A stretch of 63,976 nt of DNA, the filler included, from Pirum gemmata (taxonomy: Eukaryota), in the NCBI GenBank assembly GCA_002812295.1. It is 20 parts of 20 records of this genome, joined end to end, with 100 filler letters (N's around TTAATTAATTAA, not from the genome) between each part and the next. Parts side by side here need not be neighbours in the genome. Positions count along the whole stretch, not along the records: positions 12,522 to 15,591 come from PDIN01003669.1; positions 15,692 to 18,751 come from PDIN01003670.1; positions 18,852 to 21,909 come from PDIN01003671.1; positions 22,010 to 25,069 come from PDIN01003672.1; positions 25,170 to 28,187 come from PDIN01003673.1; 15 more parts are not named here. One strand, written 5' to 3'. Positions 12,792 to 25,505 of this stretch are shown piece after piece. Position numbers and translations under genes: made by a program. The notes under the pieces were generated by a model. It was given only the letters and a program-made list of their open reading frames with translations. It had not been told where the DNA came from and did no database searches. Position 1 is the first letter of the stretch. Each line of letters begins with the position of its first letter.

Positions 12792-13471
12792 TTAATGTTA
12801 TAATATTATCGTGCTTTTCATTTAGTTTGTCACTTTTATTATTTATTTGGAGGGTTATAATATTTTAATTGGCATTTTTTAAATCAATACGTAGATAATA
12901 AAATATACCAAATTGAATAAAATGGATTTACTGAAAAGCACTATATATAATATTATATAACATTAGGAACAAAAGTTAAAAAATATCATAATATTTCTAC
13001 GAACAATTGCTAATCATACACTATATATTATGGTAATATTATGAAAAGAGTATGGAAAGTATAACAAGTCAAAACCGAACGACAATCAAATTATTCACCT
13101 ATACCAAAGTATTATGAAACAAATCAACAAATTAGAACTATAATCAACCATATGCATACAACCTGCTCTAACCCTAACCCTAACCCTAACCCTAACCCTA
13201 ACCCTAACCCTAACCCTAACCCTAACCCTAACCCNNNNNNNNNNNNNNNNNNNNNNNNNNNNNNNNNNNNNNNNNNCCCTAACCCTAACCCTAACCCTAA
13301 CCCTAACCCTAACCCTAACCCTAACCCTAACCCTAACCCTAACCCTAACCCTAACCCTAACCCTAACCCGTAACCTTTATAACCCGTTAGAATTTACTCC
13401 TCCTCCTTTCTATAAGGAAAACAGGACTTTTATTAAAATAAAATTTCTGTTTAGAAAAAAAAAAAAACAAA

Positions 13472-13536
13472 CCTTTTAACCCTAACCCTAACACTCCCTA
13501 ACCCTAAACCCTAACACTAACCCTAACTCTAACACT

Positions 13537-13567
<31 letters not shown>

Positions 13568-14018
13568 CCCTAACCCTAACCCTGACCCTAACCCTATAGC
13601 TAACCCTATCCCTAACCCTAATCCTAGACCTTATACCTTAACACTAGTTACACCAGATACAGACATAACCCTAACACTAACCCTAACTCTAAATCGTCAC
13701 TTTTAAAGAACTCGTCACTTAAAATTAATTAATTATTAAAAAGTAAAGATGAGATGAGTAAAACTAAAAAGATGAAATTGAGAGAACTGTGTTATTCTTA
13801 CTAAGGCTTAAGCTTATTAGACTAGTGAACATTTAGAGTTAGGGTTAGTATTAGGGTTAAGTCTGCATCTGGTGTAACTAGTGTTATGGTATAAGGTCTA
13901 GGGTTAGGGTTAGGGCCAGGGTTAGCTATAGGGTTAGGGTCAGGGTTGGGGTTAGGGTTAGGATCAGGGTTAGGGTTAGGGTTTAGGGTTAGGGAGTGTT
14001 AGGGTTAGGGTTAAAAGG
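13472..14018. mobile_element. Foldback element with ~200-bp telomere-repeat-rich inverted arms
   Basis: Left arm ccttttaaccctaaccctaacactccctaacc...cctagaccttataccttaacactagttacaccagatacagac...ctctaaat (13472-13694) is the reverse complement of right arm atttagag...gtctgcatctggtgtaactagtgttatggtataaggtctagg...ggagtgttagggttagggttaaaagg (13830-14018). Spacer about 135 nt. Confidence 0.8.
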
Positions 14019-14793
14019 ACTGTTCTATGATGACTTGTTAGCTAGTAATGGGAGTAATAGTGAAATTGTCTGGGTATAGTACTTTTCATAAATAAATAGT
14101 ACCAAATTAATACAATATAAATCCATTTAATTTAATTTGGTATATTTTATTATATATTTATTTATTTAAAAGTATCAATTTAAATATTATAACCCTCCAA
14201 ATAAATGAAAAGCACGATAACTTGTAAGGGAGTTGTAAGGATTAAAAGAGTTTCGGAGTGGTGTGGAAGATTAACTGGAAGTTTGCGGGTTAAGATTACC
14301 AAATAAGTATGTTAAATAAGTATATTACCAAATAAAGACATTTTTTGGGTTACTTTTTCGGGAGCCAATGATTGAGTAAAAGTGAAAATATGATAAGGAA
14401 GTGTTCGAATAATATCTCACGTCAATGGGTAGGTACTAGCTAGGTAGATAGGTGGTGTTTGACTGGAAATTAACGTCCAGGGGTAGGTGGGTAAAGGTAT
14501 TTGAAGCTGTATTTAACCTGAAATTGGCGTTGAGTAGTACTTGTGGCGGCACTTGTGGGTTGTGGCACACTACTTGAAGTTGGAAATTATGTTACTTTGA
14601 AATCAGTTATTGTGATTGGCTTAGAGGGCATCATAAAAATTCAATTTCTCTCATTTTTGTCATCGAAATCGACGTCTAATACGTCGTCTATTGGACGAAA
14701 TGATTTTCTTGATATAAAAAAGGAAATAAATTCCAGAATAAAATAGCTATAAAATCAATGTTGCTGAAACAAGAGTGTTAGAAGAGTGTGACA

Positions 14794-15025
14794 AGTAGGG
14801 GTGAGATATCTACTGGAACTTTTTTCGAACAGATGCTTATCGAGCCAACCTTAGTTCCGTGTTTCTTACTAATAATAGCAGTTTAATAGCTTAAAATAGT
14901 AAATTTAATTATAGTAGATACCAATTAAAGTAATAATGTTAACATTAATAGTAATAAAACCATAAAATCGGAAAAGTTCCGGCAGCTCTTCGGTAATAAT
15001 AAAATGACGTCATCTCACCCCTACT
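14794..15025. mobile_element. MITE family F (~230 bp, TIR AGTAGGGGTGAGAT)
   Basis: Perfect 14-bp TIR. A second copy in opposite orientation at 45028-45246 shares internal ttatcgagccaaccttagttccg and aaaagttccggcagct. Confidence 0.88.
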
Positions 15026-15753
15026 CTGTTACATCACATGACTCACATCTTATTAGTATCGCAAAAAGTGTCTATTATTATATCGATATATATAGCTTCG
15101 TATGTTGATTCTTTAGCTCCAGATGTTGATTCTTTAGCTCCAAATATTGATTCTTTAGCTCCAAATATTACTTATTTATCCTCATATAAAATATATAGTT
15201 CTTTTCAGTTGTTTTGTCATTATAAATTTAAAGCATACAATAAATAGTACCAAATTAATATAATATAAGTCCATTTAATTTAATTTGGTATATTTTATTA
15301 TTTATATATTGATTTAAAATTGCCAATTTAAATATTATAACCCTCCAAATAAATATTTGGAGTAACAAAATAAATAAAATGCACGATAAATTATACGCTA
15401 TATATCATACGCTATATAAGTAAATATCAGTGCAAATAAGGTAAAAACGTCCAATTTTTCGAAACTTTTCGAACATAAGTAATTTAGTAGTATTTTTATA
15501 GGTTTGACATTTTCGTATGATCATAGAATTTTTATATTTCGAAACTTTTCGAACTAGTAGTATTTTTATAGGTTTGACATTTTCGTATGATNNNNNNNNN
15601 NNNNNNNNNNNNNNNNNNNNNNNNNNNNNNNNNNNTTAATTAATTAANNNNNNNNNNNNNNNNNNNNNNNNNNNNNNNNNNNNNNNNNNNNAGAAGAAGA
15701 TGATGATTATAATGATGATGATGACGACGACGATGATAATAATAATGATGATG

Positions 15754-15840
<87 letters not shown>

Positions 15841-16460
15841 GTCTTAATTAAGAAAAACTAAAATACAATATAAAAAACTACAATTTCAACTGGGTAATTT
15901 TTTTTTTATCGAATCACTCCGAGAAAGACCATTAAAATTTTAGGAAAGAAAAGTAAAAACAAATTTAAGTAACCAGACAATGGACTTCACAACATTGCCC
16001 TTTTAAATACCAGTACTATTACTATTACTATTACTAGTTGTTACTATTACTATTACCATTACTAAAACCTTTGAATTTCTTATATATACTGATAATTCAA
16101 TCAATTTTTGAACATAGGCAAGACTATCAAACAAGACTAAACTGGATAATATACAGTTTTGATTACGTCATTAATGAGCACTCCCTTAGGGTTATTAGGG
16201 TTAGGGTTACTTAGACTTGTTAGAGTTAGAATTAGAGTTAGGATTAGAGTTAGGATTAGAGTTAGGATTGGAGTTAGGGGTAGGGTGAGAGTTATTGGGG
16301 TTAGGGTTAGGGGTGGGGGGTGGGGGGATAAAAAAATCTGAAATTCTGATTACTCAATTAATGAACACTTCCATAGAGTTGTTAGGGTTAGGGTTATTTA
16401 GGGTTATTTTAGAGTTAGGATTAGAGTTAGAGATAGAGTTAGGGCTAGGTTACTCTATCT

Positions 16461-16945
16461 TATGGATCGAAATCTAATTATCCAGTTCAATTTGTAACTA
16501 AATCAATCACTCTCTCAACGGGTTCTCACAAGGAGAAACTGCAGTTCTTCTTATCAACTAAGCTAGATAGTTATAAATTAGTATTAGGGTTACCGTGACT
16601 TAAACTGCATAACCCTGATATAAATTGGCAATCTAGCACCCTTATCTTTAATTGTAAAGATTGTGAAGAACCCCCCACACTCTCTGCTTTTCAAATTGGA
16701 GTGGATGATTTTTTAGAGTTTAAGAAAATTAAGGTTAATTTTCGTGAATACAAGTCAAATGTCAAAAAGATGAGTCGAAGTAACGCTAGTCGAAGAATAG
16801 GCAAGCAGAAGGCGAAGGAGGAGGCTGAAGCTCGAAGGAAGACAGAAGTGCAAGAGGCAATTTGCAAGGAAGACACATGAAAGAAGGGCAAGGGTTGGCG
16901 AAGCTACAAATTTGCGAAACGGCAGGCACTGGAAAGAAGAAGAAG
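16461..16945 (+). pseudogene. Decayed Ty3/gypsy retrotransposon aspartic-protease fragment
   Basis: One frame reads ...VTKSITLSTGSHKEKLQFFLSTKLDSYKLVLGLP*LKLHNPDINWQSSTLIF..., the hallmark xLGxPWLxxHNPxIDW motif of gypsy proteases with W changed to TGA. A second in-frame TGA lies downstream. Confidence 0.8.
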
Positions 16946-16996
16946 ATGATGATTATAATGATGATGATGACGACGACGATGATAATAATAATGATG

Positions 16997-17027
<31 letters not shown>

Positions 17028-17028
17028 C

Positions 17029-17063
<35 letters not shown>

Positions 17064-17178
17064 CGATGATGACGACGACGATGATGATAATGACGATGAT
17101 GAGATGATTATGACTATGATGATCATGCATATATAAAATTATATGATTATATTATAATGATTATGATGTTGATTATGC

Positions 17179-17224
<46 letters not shown>

Positions 17225-17510
17225 GATGATAATGATGATGATAATGATGATGATGACAATGATGATGATGGTGACGATGATAATGATGATAATGATAATG
17301 ATAGTGATGATGATGATGATGTTGATTGATTATGACGACTATGGTTATTGCGATGATGATGATGATGCATATATGATGATGATGATGATGATGATAATGT
17401 TGATGATGTTGATGATTTTGATTGATGATGATGATGATTGATGATGATGGAGATTTATATTCATCTGTGCTGTGCTACGGTTAAAGACTCCATGGAGTGG
17501 GGTCTTTGGC

Positions 17511-17686
17511 TACGGTGCAAACAATAAAAAACGCCTACTTTTTTTACTAGTTAAAAGTCCCACATTTCTTTATATAATATGTTCGAATATTTCAAATATA
17601 TTTAATAGCTATTACATTACTTATGTTCGAAACTGAAATTATAGTGAAACCCAAAAGCCGGACGTTTTTAGCTTGTTTGCACTATA
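17511..17686. mobile_element. MITE family I (TIR TA(C/T)(G/A)GTGCAAACAA)
   Basis: TACGGTGCAAACAA ... TTGTTTGCACTATA. A related terminus lies at 15428 and the internal sequence recurs at 39870-39990(-). Confidence 0.7.
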
Positions 17687-19334
17687 TCTAGCTAGCTAGC
17701 TAGTAGAGTTATCAGGAAAGGTTTATGATAGAAAAGAAGTCTAAAAATGATATCAGATAATATTATGATAATAATAATAATAATATGATACTATCAGGAT
17801 ATAGTTAGCTAGTTAGACTATGATAGTTAGTTAGTTAGCTAGCTAGCTGTGCTAGGCTAGCTGTGTGAGTGTGCCACTCCTGTTAGTAGCTAGCTAGCTG
17901 AGCTGGTCTAGCTACACTAATATCACAACCTTGAACCTTTTATCGTTAAACCTAGCACTCATTTGTTCATCAATACGTCGTTGTTTTTCCTTAAAGTTAT
18001 CAATAATAATAATCTCTAACTCACTAGAATCAATAAAATATTCCCACTATCCTTATCAACACTAACACAACCATTACTACTAGAACTATTCCTAACTAAA
18101 TTACTTTTATTATTCTGCTTGAATAACATTTTTAGTTTAATTTTTAGGTTCATGTTTGTTTAGTTTATTTACTTATATTTATTATAAAAGCTATCTAAAG
18201 TTCAAATTATTTTTATTTTTATTTATATTTGTATTATTTATAATGATTATATTTATGATTTTTTATTTTCTTCAACAAATATCGTATATACAAAAATCAG
18301 CTGATTCAGAGTTTGATTCAGATTTAATTTTTTTTTAACTACCAGGCCGGATAAAAATGGCGACATCATCCGCCATATGAGCTCAAAAATCCAAAAATCT
18401 CAAAATCATCCAATTTATATAAAAGTACTACCAAAAATTAATAAATAAATTAACTAATCAGACTCTATTAGGAACCAATAGCTAGGTTTTAAAATTGATT
18501 TGGCTAGTTATAATTAAAGGTTTAGAAAAGAAGTCTAAAAATAATGATTTCTTCAGTTTTATCCGGCTTGTCAGAAATCTTGAAATAATTTGAATCTATT
18601 CTTGCATGTGATAGAATCTAGCAAGATAATCAATCTTGAAAAAACAAAAAAAACAAAACAAAACAAAAAAAATTATGTAATATCATACAAAAAATAATAA
18701 AATAATAATAACAATAATAATAATAACCACTGGAGTGGCCCAAAATACGCANNNNNNNNNNNNNNNNNNNNNNNNNNNNNNNNNNNNNNNNNNNNTTAAT
18801 TAATTAANNNNNNNNNNNNNNNNNNNNNNNNNNNNNNNNNNNNNNNNNNNNTTATAATTAATATTATATTAAAATAATAATATAATATTAATAAATATTA
18901 TTATTAATACCGATATCGTTATTCCCTAATTATCATTGAACATCGATATTAATATCATTATTCTTATTATATCATTATTTTAAAATTACGTATACTATAT
19001 ATTAATAATATAAAAATAAATTTTAAAATTATATATCAATATCGTTAACTTTATTTCCTAATCGAATATACTAGTACTCGTCATCATGCCTATTGATCAT
19101 CATCAATTGCACTATTACTATTATAGTTATCACCAATTTAATTTGTTATAATTGCTGGTAGGCACAGGCTCACTAAGCTAGGTTCTTTAAATTTGATTTG
19201 AACTAAAATATAAACCCATACACTCCCTTACCCTTACACTCCCTTACCCTTACACTCCCTTACTCTTACACTCCCTTACTCTTACACTCCCTTACCCTAA
19301 CCCATCAGAATTATTAACATTCCCTATTAAGAGG

Positions 19335-21748
19335 TTAGAATAAGCGGCTATCTAAATCTGCATAATGTTCATCGGCAGTATCTTTTGTATTTGCATTTTG
19401 TACATCAGTTCCATTATTATTTGGATGATCATATACGTTATCATTAGGTTCATAATATTCGTCATTATGTTGATCATTTTCAATAGTACTATTCCCTAAT
19501 TGAACATCATTAGGTTCATCATATTCGTCATTATCATGATCTTTTTCAATAGTATTATTAGTACTACTATCGATATCGTTATTCCCTAATTGAACATACT
19601 CGTCAGCATATTGATCATGATCAATTGTACTATTACTATTATCGTCACCACAGTTTAATTCGATATAATTGCTGGTAGGTGCAGGTTCACTGGGGTTCTT
19701 TTCATAAACACTACTAGCATTCTGTAAATCCAAGTTATTGGCATACTCTATATCTGATTGTAACTCTGGTCCTTGCCCTTTCCCAGCTTGAACAAAATCT
19801 TGTGCAGACATCCCATACATCGCTTTTTCTCTTTTTTTCTGTTCAATTCTTTTATAAATAAAAAGTATGGTCAATACCACCAATATAACGAACACCACAA
19901 CCCCAGCGACAATACCTGCAATAGTACCTGCTCCCATACTCGCATCAGTACCAACAGCATTTGTTACGCCAGGTATACAGGAAATCCCGTCCCTGGTATC
20001 TATAATTCCATCGCAAAAAGTACAGGAATACTTGTTTGTTACGTTATCAAAACTTATAGCAAAGTTTTCCTTGCATCTTTTACATTGTTTTTGTTTGGTT
20101 TCACCGAAACAGGAAATAGGATTATAATACTCAATACAGTCATCCACCGATTCCTCACAGGGAACACAACGAATATTGTTATTGTCAAGTGCATTCAAAG
20201 TGTAGCCAGAAACACAGCTGGAACAAATTAATTGATTTTGATCATTACACAAACTCGCATACACACCACAAAAGTCTGTGTTTTCTGTACAAGGAAAACA
20301 TGTTTTGTTATCTTTATCGTAATGATGTGTGTTAAAAAAGCCACCCACACATGCAGCACAAACTCTTAGATTAGTATTTTTATAACAACTTTGATCATCA
20401 TACCGGTAACAATTTTCATCAACTGTTAAACAAGAAACACACAGTTCATTGTGCAGAAACTTATTTTCGGGGCAAGGTTCACATTTTTTGTAATCAGGCG
20501 ATAATACCGTGTTGTTACCGCAAGTCTTACAAAGTTTTGTATTAGTTCCTGCATCACAGGGAGTATTGCTAACATAGTCAACGCAATTATCAACATCTGC
20601 GCAACTCTCGCATTTTTTGTTATTTAAGTAATAACCACCAACACAACTACTACATACTTTCTCGTTTACCGTATTGCATTCCATTGCAAATGACGAACAA
20701 AGGGGATTGTTTTGGTTACATTGTTGGCAAGTCTTATTATTTGTGTTATATACATTCGTGAGATAGTGGCCAGGTAAACAATCTAGGCATTTCTTGAAAG
20801 TACTTTGACCAAGGCAGTTTGGAGAGTAAGAAAGACAGTTTTCGTCTGGTGTTCCACATGGCACGCAATGTTCACCTTCTTGCCATAACCCAACCTCATC
20901 TTGACACTTTACACAGTGATTATTGGGAGTTAGCCCAAAACTAGGTTTACAACCTTTACATACTCTACTCATACTAACAGGGTCACAATAGTCTTCATAG
21001 TCAATACAATTAGTTACATTCTTGCATTCTATGCATGTACTAGTACTAGATTCTACAACACCGTTTTCGCAAATACATTGGTTGTTACTATCTAAAGTAA
21101 AACCATTTTTGCACTGTGTACATTGACAACTACCGCTAACAAAATTGCTACAGAAAGCTACATTATCACAAAAAACGCACTCTTTGTTACCGTTTAAAGA
21201 AAAACCGGGTCTACAACCGGTGCAAAAGAACTTACCACTATCATCACATGCATTGTTATGAAGCAAACAATTATCACCCATTTTACAAGTGCTACATTGA
21301 ATCATTGGAGAAAAAAGTAATGTTTTTCCAGCAGAACAGCTTACTATGTCAGGTTTGGAAAACCCTTGTGACGCACTTTGAGAATCACAACGTTCGTTAA
21401 CAATTGGATTATCTACTTTAACGGTTCCAGCATGATTAGCCAGGCACATGTTGTCGGCTGTTTTATAATTCCATACACCATTGGTCAGGGGCACAATATC
21501 CCATAACTGGTTTTTATCATTACTTTGGCAGTTTACAAATTTAGCATTCCTAGGATTTTGAAATCCCCCTTGGTGTACGCAAAAGTTTTTATTTTGTTTT
21601 ACATGTAAAAGTTTAGTTTCAGCATTGTATTCGAAATCTAATTTCTGTGGACTAGTACAACTTGCAGTGTAAAGATAAACACCGGCCTTTACGGTATTCT
21701 GGTTACTAAATAACCCGATACATATGGCTGCCCTTGTTGAAGTTGTCA
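19335..21748 (-). CDS. Single-pass receptor: ricin-B (QxW) lectin domain, CxxC/furin-like Cys-rich repeats, TM helix, Tyr-motif cytoplasmic tail; 5' exon missing
   Basis: About 804-aa open exon after acceptor tatatag|. Three C..C..Q(x)W/F subdomains (NQLW, SQGF); more than 10 CxxC...GY/F..C repeats; TM IAGIVAGVVVFVILVVLTILFIY followed by KRIEQKKREK; tail with YEKNP, YIEL, YVQL, YDEP, YYEP, YDHP, YADL and no kinase domain before the stop. Confidence 0.88.
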
Positions 21749-22185
21749 CTATATATAAAATAATATTAGATGAAAAACAAAAAAAAATAATTACACATTT
21801 TATTTTAATCTGAAATAATATATTTAATGAATTTTTACCAAAACATTTTCAATTGAATAACTATAATAATTATAATGCCATCATCATCATCATCATCTAG
21901 ATCATCGTANNNNNNNNNNNNNNNNNNNNNNNNNNNNNNNNNNNNNNNNNNNNTTAATTAATTAANNNNNNNNNNNNNNNNNNNNNNNNNNNNNNNNNNN
22001 NNNNNNNNNGTTGCGCTCTATTGCAGTTAATATTAAAAAATAAAATATAACAAAAAATAACAAAACAGCGAAAACATCCATCATTAAAATAATAATTGGA
22101 CAATATCGTCAAACTAACATTGAATAATGTCAATGCCCAACGAACTAACTAACATACAATGATACCATACAAAACAAGACAAAAC

Positions 22186-22454
22186 TTACTTTTCATCGAA
22201 AGGTATATCATTCCCTTTAGATATCAAATACATTACAACATCAACAAGTCCATTAGCAATAGTAGCGTTCACTCCTTCTCTTGTTATGCCCTCGGTTCGA
22301 TGTGCTACCAAATATTTAACTACGTCTAAATGTCCAGTTTTTGCGGCTTTCGCCAATGCTTCTCCAGTGCAACTTTTTTGCTTATTTGTAAGATATTGTA
22401 CGACTGCCAAGTGCCCATTCCCAGCTGCATTATCGATAGCCTCAGTGGTACAGC
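22186..22454 (-). CDS. Ankyrin-repeat protein exon
   Basis: GCTTEAIDNAAGNGHLAVVQYL / CTGEALAKAAKTGHLDVVKYLVAHRTEG / ATIANGLVDVVMYL are short-type ankyrin repeats. Acceptor caaag| before 22454. The 3' end is either the TAA stop or the overlapping gtaagt donor. Confidence 0.85.
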
Positions 22455-22600
22455 CTTTGATGTACATTTACAGGTAGATAAAGGATAATATATTTAGTGT
22501 ACAAAATAATGACAATGATGAAAGGGATAGCAGTTATTGCAGTTTAATAGTACTAGCAATATAATTTCCTTTAGAATATTAAAAAGTTTAACGAAAAAAG

Positions 22601-23040
22601 TACTTATAGCAAAGGGTAAGCTTTACGGTTAGCGTTAGCGTTGGTGGTGTCAGCGTTAGCGGTTAGGGCCAAGGTTGGGGTTTAGGGCTAAAGTCAGGGG
22701 TTAGGGCTAAGGTTAGGGGTTAGGACTAAGAGGTTAGGGGTTAGGGCTAAGGTTAGGGATTAGGGCTAAGGTTAGGGGTTAGGGTTAAGGTTAGGGGTTA
22801 GCGCTAAGGTCAGGGTAAAACAATACTTATAGTAAAGGGTAAGCTTTGCGGTTAGCGTTAGCGTTAGTGGTGTCAGCGTTAGCGGTTAGGGCTAAGGTCA
22901 GGGGTTAGGGCTAAGGTTAGGGGTTGGGACTAAGGTTAGGGGTTAGGGCTAAGGTTAGGGGTTAGGGTTAAAGTTAGGGGTTAGGGCTAACGTTAGGGGT
23001 TAGGGGTTAGGTGGTTAGGGGGTTAGGGGGGTAGGGGTAA
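22601..23040. repeat. Two ~223-bp tandem units built on variant telomeric 19-mers (GGTTAGGGCTAAGGTTAGG)
   Basis: The header tacttatag(c/t)aaagggtaagcttt(a/g)cggttagcgttagcgtt occurs at 22601 and 22824, each followed by 19-mer arrays. Confidence 0.85.
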
Positions 23041-23559
23041 AAAAAAACTTCTTTTCTAAAATCTTTTATGATAATTAGCCAAATTATTTTTAAAAACTAG
23101 CCATTGGTTCATAATAGAGTTTTCTTGGTTAGACGATTTCTCAAATTTTGGTAGTACTCAAAAAAAAAAATAATAATAATAATAATAATAATAATACTGT
23201 TCCATATACGTATGATTATTATGAACTGATTACACACCTAGCTAGCTGATTACACTGGCTGATTACACTGGCTGATTACACTACAGAACACTAGTCTATG
23301 ATACACACTGGTCCAGACAGAGCTACACGCCGTACACGGTGACGCCACTTAGACGCCACACTGCCGCACCACTCAGCCTCAATCTTAACTTAGACGCCAC
23401 ACTGCCGCATCACTCAGCAGTCACTCTTCAATCTACACAAATAATAATTTCTGAGTGGGTACTATAAATAAACAGTAAAATTTTATATCCATATATGTAT
23501 TAAAAATTAAATTTAAATGTTCATTAGTCTATTTTTTTTTTTTTGAAAAATTTTGTACT

Positions 23560-24170
23560 GATTTTCTTCCATTTTTTAAATTCAGTACTAATTTGTTTTT
23601 TGTTTTTTAGTAGTTTTGATTGTTTGTTTCGAGTTTTCACCACCAATTAATGTTGTATACACACAATATTATTATACTCATAATAAAATATGAAGAACAA
23701 CAACAGCTGCAAAAACAATAACAACAACAACAGCACCACCAACAACACCTGTAGCGCCAGAAGCAACAATAACAAGTACGTATACAACAACAACAACAAG
23801 CTTAGAAAAACGTGATTTTCTTCCATTTTAAATTCAGTAATAATACTAATTTTTTTTTTGTTTTTTAGTTTTGATTGTTTGTTTCGAGTTTTCACCACCA
23901 ATTAATGTTGTATACACACAATATTATTATACTCATAATAAAATATGAAGAACAACAACAGCTGCAAAAACAATAACAACAACAACAGCACCACCAACAA
24001 CACCTGTAGCGCCAGAAGCAACAATAACAAGTACGTATACAACAACAACAACAAGCTTAGAAAAACGTGATTTTCTTCCATTTTAAATTCAGTAATAATA
24101 CTAATTNTGATAACATATGCAACAATAACAACTACGTATACAACAACAACAACAAGCTTAGAAAAACGTT
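23560..24170. repeat. ~255-bp near-perfect tandem duplication (about 2.4 copies)
   Basis: gattttcttccatttt..aaattcagta at about 23560, 23814 and 24069, with near-identical bodies. An n at 24107 suggests possible collapse or misassembly. Confidence 0.85.
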
Positions 24171-25505
24171 TCTAATTAATTAATTTAATAAAAAGTTAAA
24201 ATTTACTAAAATAGCGAAATAATAATATTAATTAAAATATCAATATAATTATTATAATAATATAAATAATATAACTCAATGGGTAAAGAGTTAGGTTTAG
24301 GCTTAGGGATAACGGAATTTAGGCTTAGGGATAACGAAGTAATAATATATCAAGGACCGAAAGACCCACATTTGGTTCCATATTTATATATTATATACAG
24401 CAAATTATTTAAATTTAGTATATAAAATATAATAATCTTGATAATAATAATAAAGACCAGTATTTATTATAATTAACGGTATTAAAAATTTTTTAATAAT
24501 GTCTTTATTGAACTTTTCCAATGTTTTTCAAGTTCTGGGCTGTTCTGGGCTGTTTTGCGTTTCTTGTTGATTTTCAAGTTTGTTGTACAGGTATACTAGC
24601 TAGCTAGCTATTACTAATTGTGATATTTACAAAGTCAGTTGTGTAAGGTGATACCGTGATACTCAGCCGTGATACTGATATAGGATTGTTTTTTTTAAAA
24701 AAAGAAACTGTTCTGGGCTACTTTAGGTGCCTTCTTGATTTTCATTTAATTTTAGAAGCTATTTGTTTGTTTTCGTCTTTTCGGTTTCTTTCTTTTTCTT
24801 TTTTTACGATAGACAAGGCTTTTTAGTATATTAATTAAAATAATATATTATATTACGCATAGGATAAATTGTGTATAATATAATTATCGTGTTTTTCATT
24901 TATTTTGTCACTCTGAATAATGATTTGGAGTGATATAATCTTTAAATAGATATTTTTAAGTTAATACATAGATAATAAAAGGTAATTTGGTACCATTTAT
25001 TGTATATTTTATGATGACAAAACAACTGAAAAGATATAATATTATATATTAAAATATATATAATATTATNNNNNNNNNNNNNNNNNNNNNNNNNNNNNNN
25101 NNNNNNNNNNNNNTTAATTAATTAANNNNNNNNNNNNNNNNNNNNNNNNNNNNNNNNNNNNNNNNNNNNAAATAAATAAATAAATAAATAATAATAAATA
25201 AATAAATAAAATAAAATAAATAAAAAAATACGGTACTGGTTGTGCGAAGTCATCTAAAACCCCACTAGTACTACATAAACGAAATATCAGTCAAAGCAAA
25301 AATAAAATAATTTTAAATTTTTTATAAGTATATTTATTTTTTTAACACTAGCCATCTTTCGTGTAACAAAAAAAAGTATTTTAAAAAAATGCTGCATCAA
25401 ATTTTCAGCATATATTTATCTAAAAAAGCACAGAATAGTTTATCAAAACCGCTATACCGATATCTTTCCAAAAAAAAAGAAGTACTACCTTTTAAGTATT
25501 TAATT

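Noticed and set aside
14220..14750. Gene in the moderately complex sequence between MITEs B, C and F
   Set aside because: All frames contain stops and no motif was recognised; at most an unidentifiable relic.
16596..16880. TGA=Trp alternative genetic code
   Set aside because: In-frame TGAs occur only in decayed TE-like sequence. Intact genes use TGG for Trp and contain no internal TGA.
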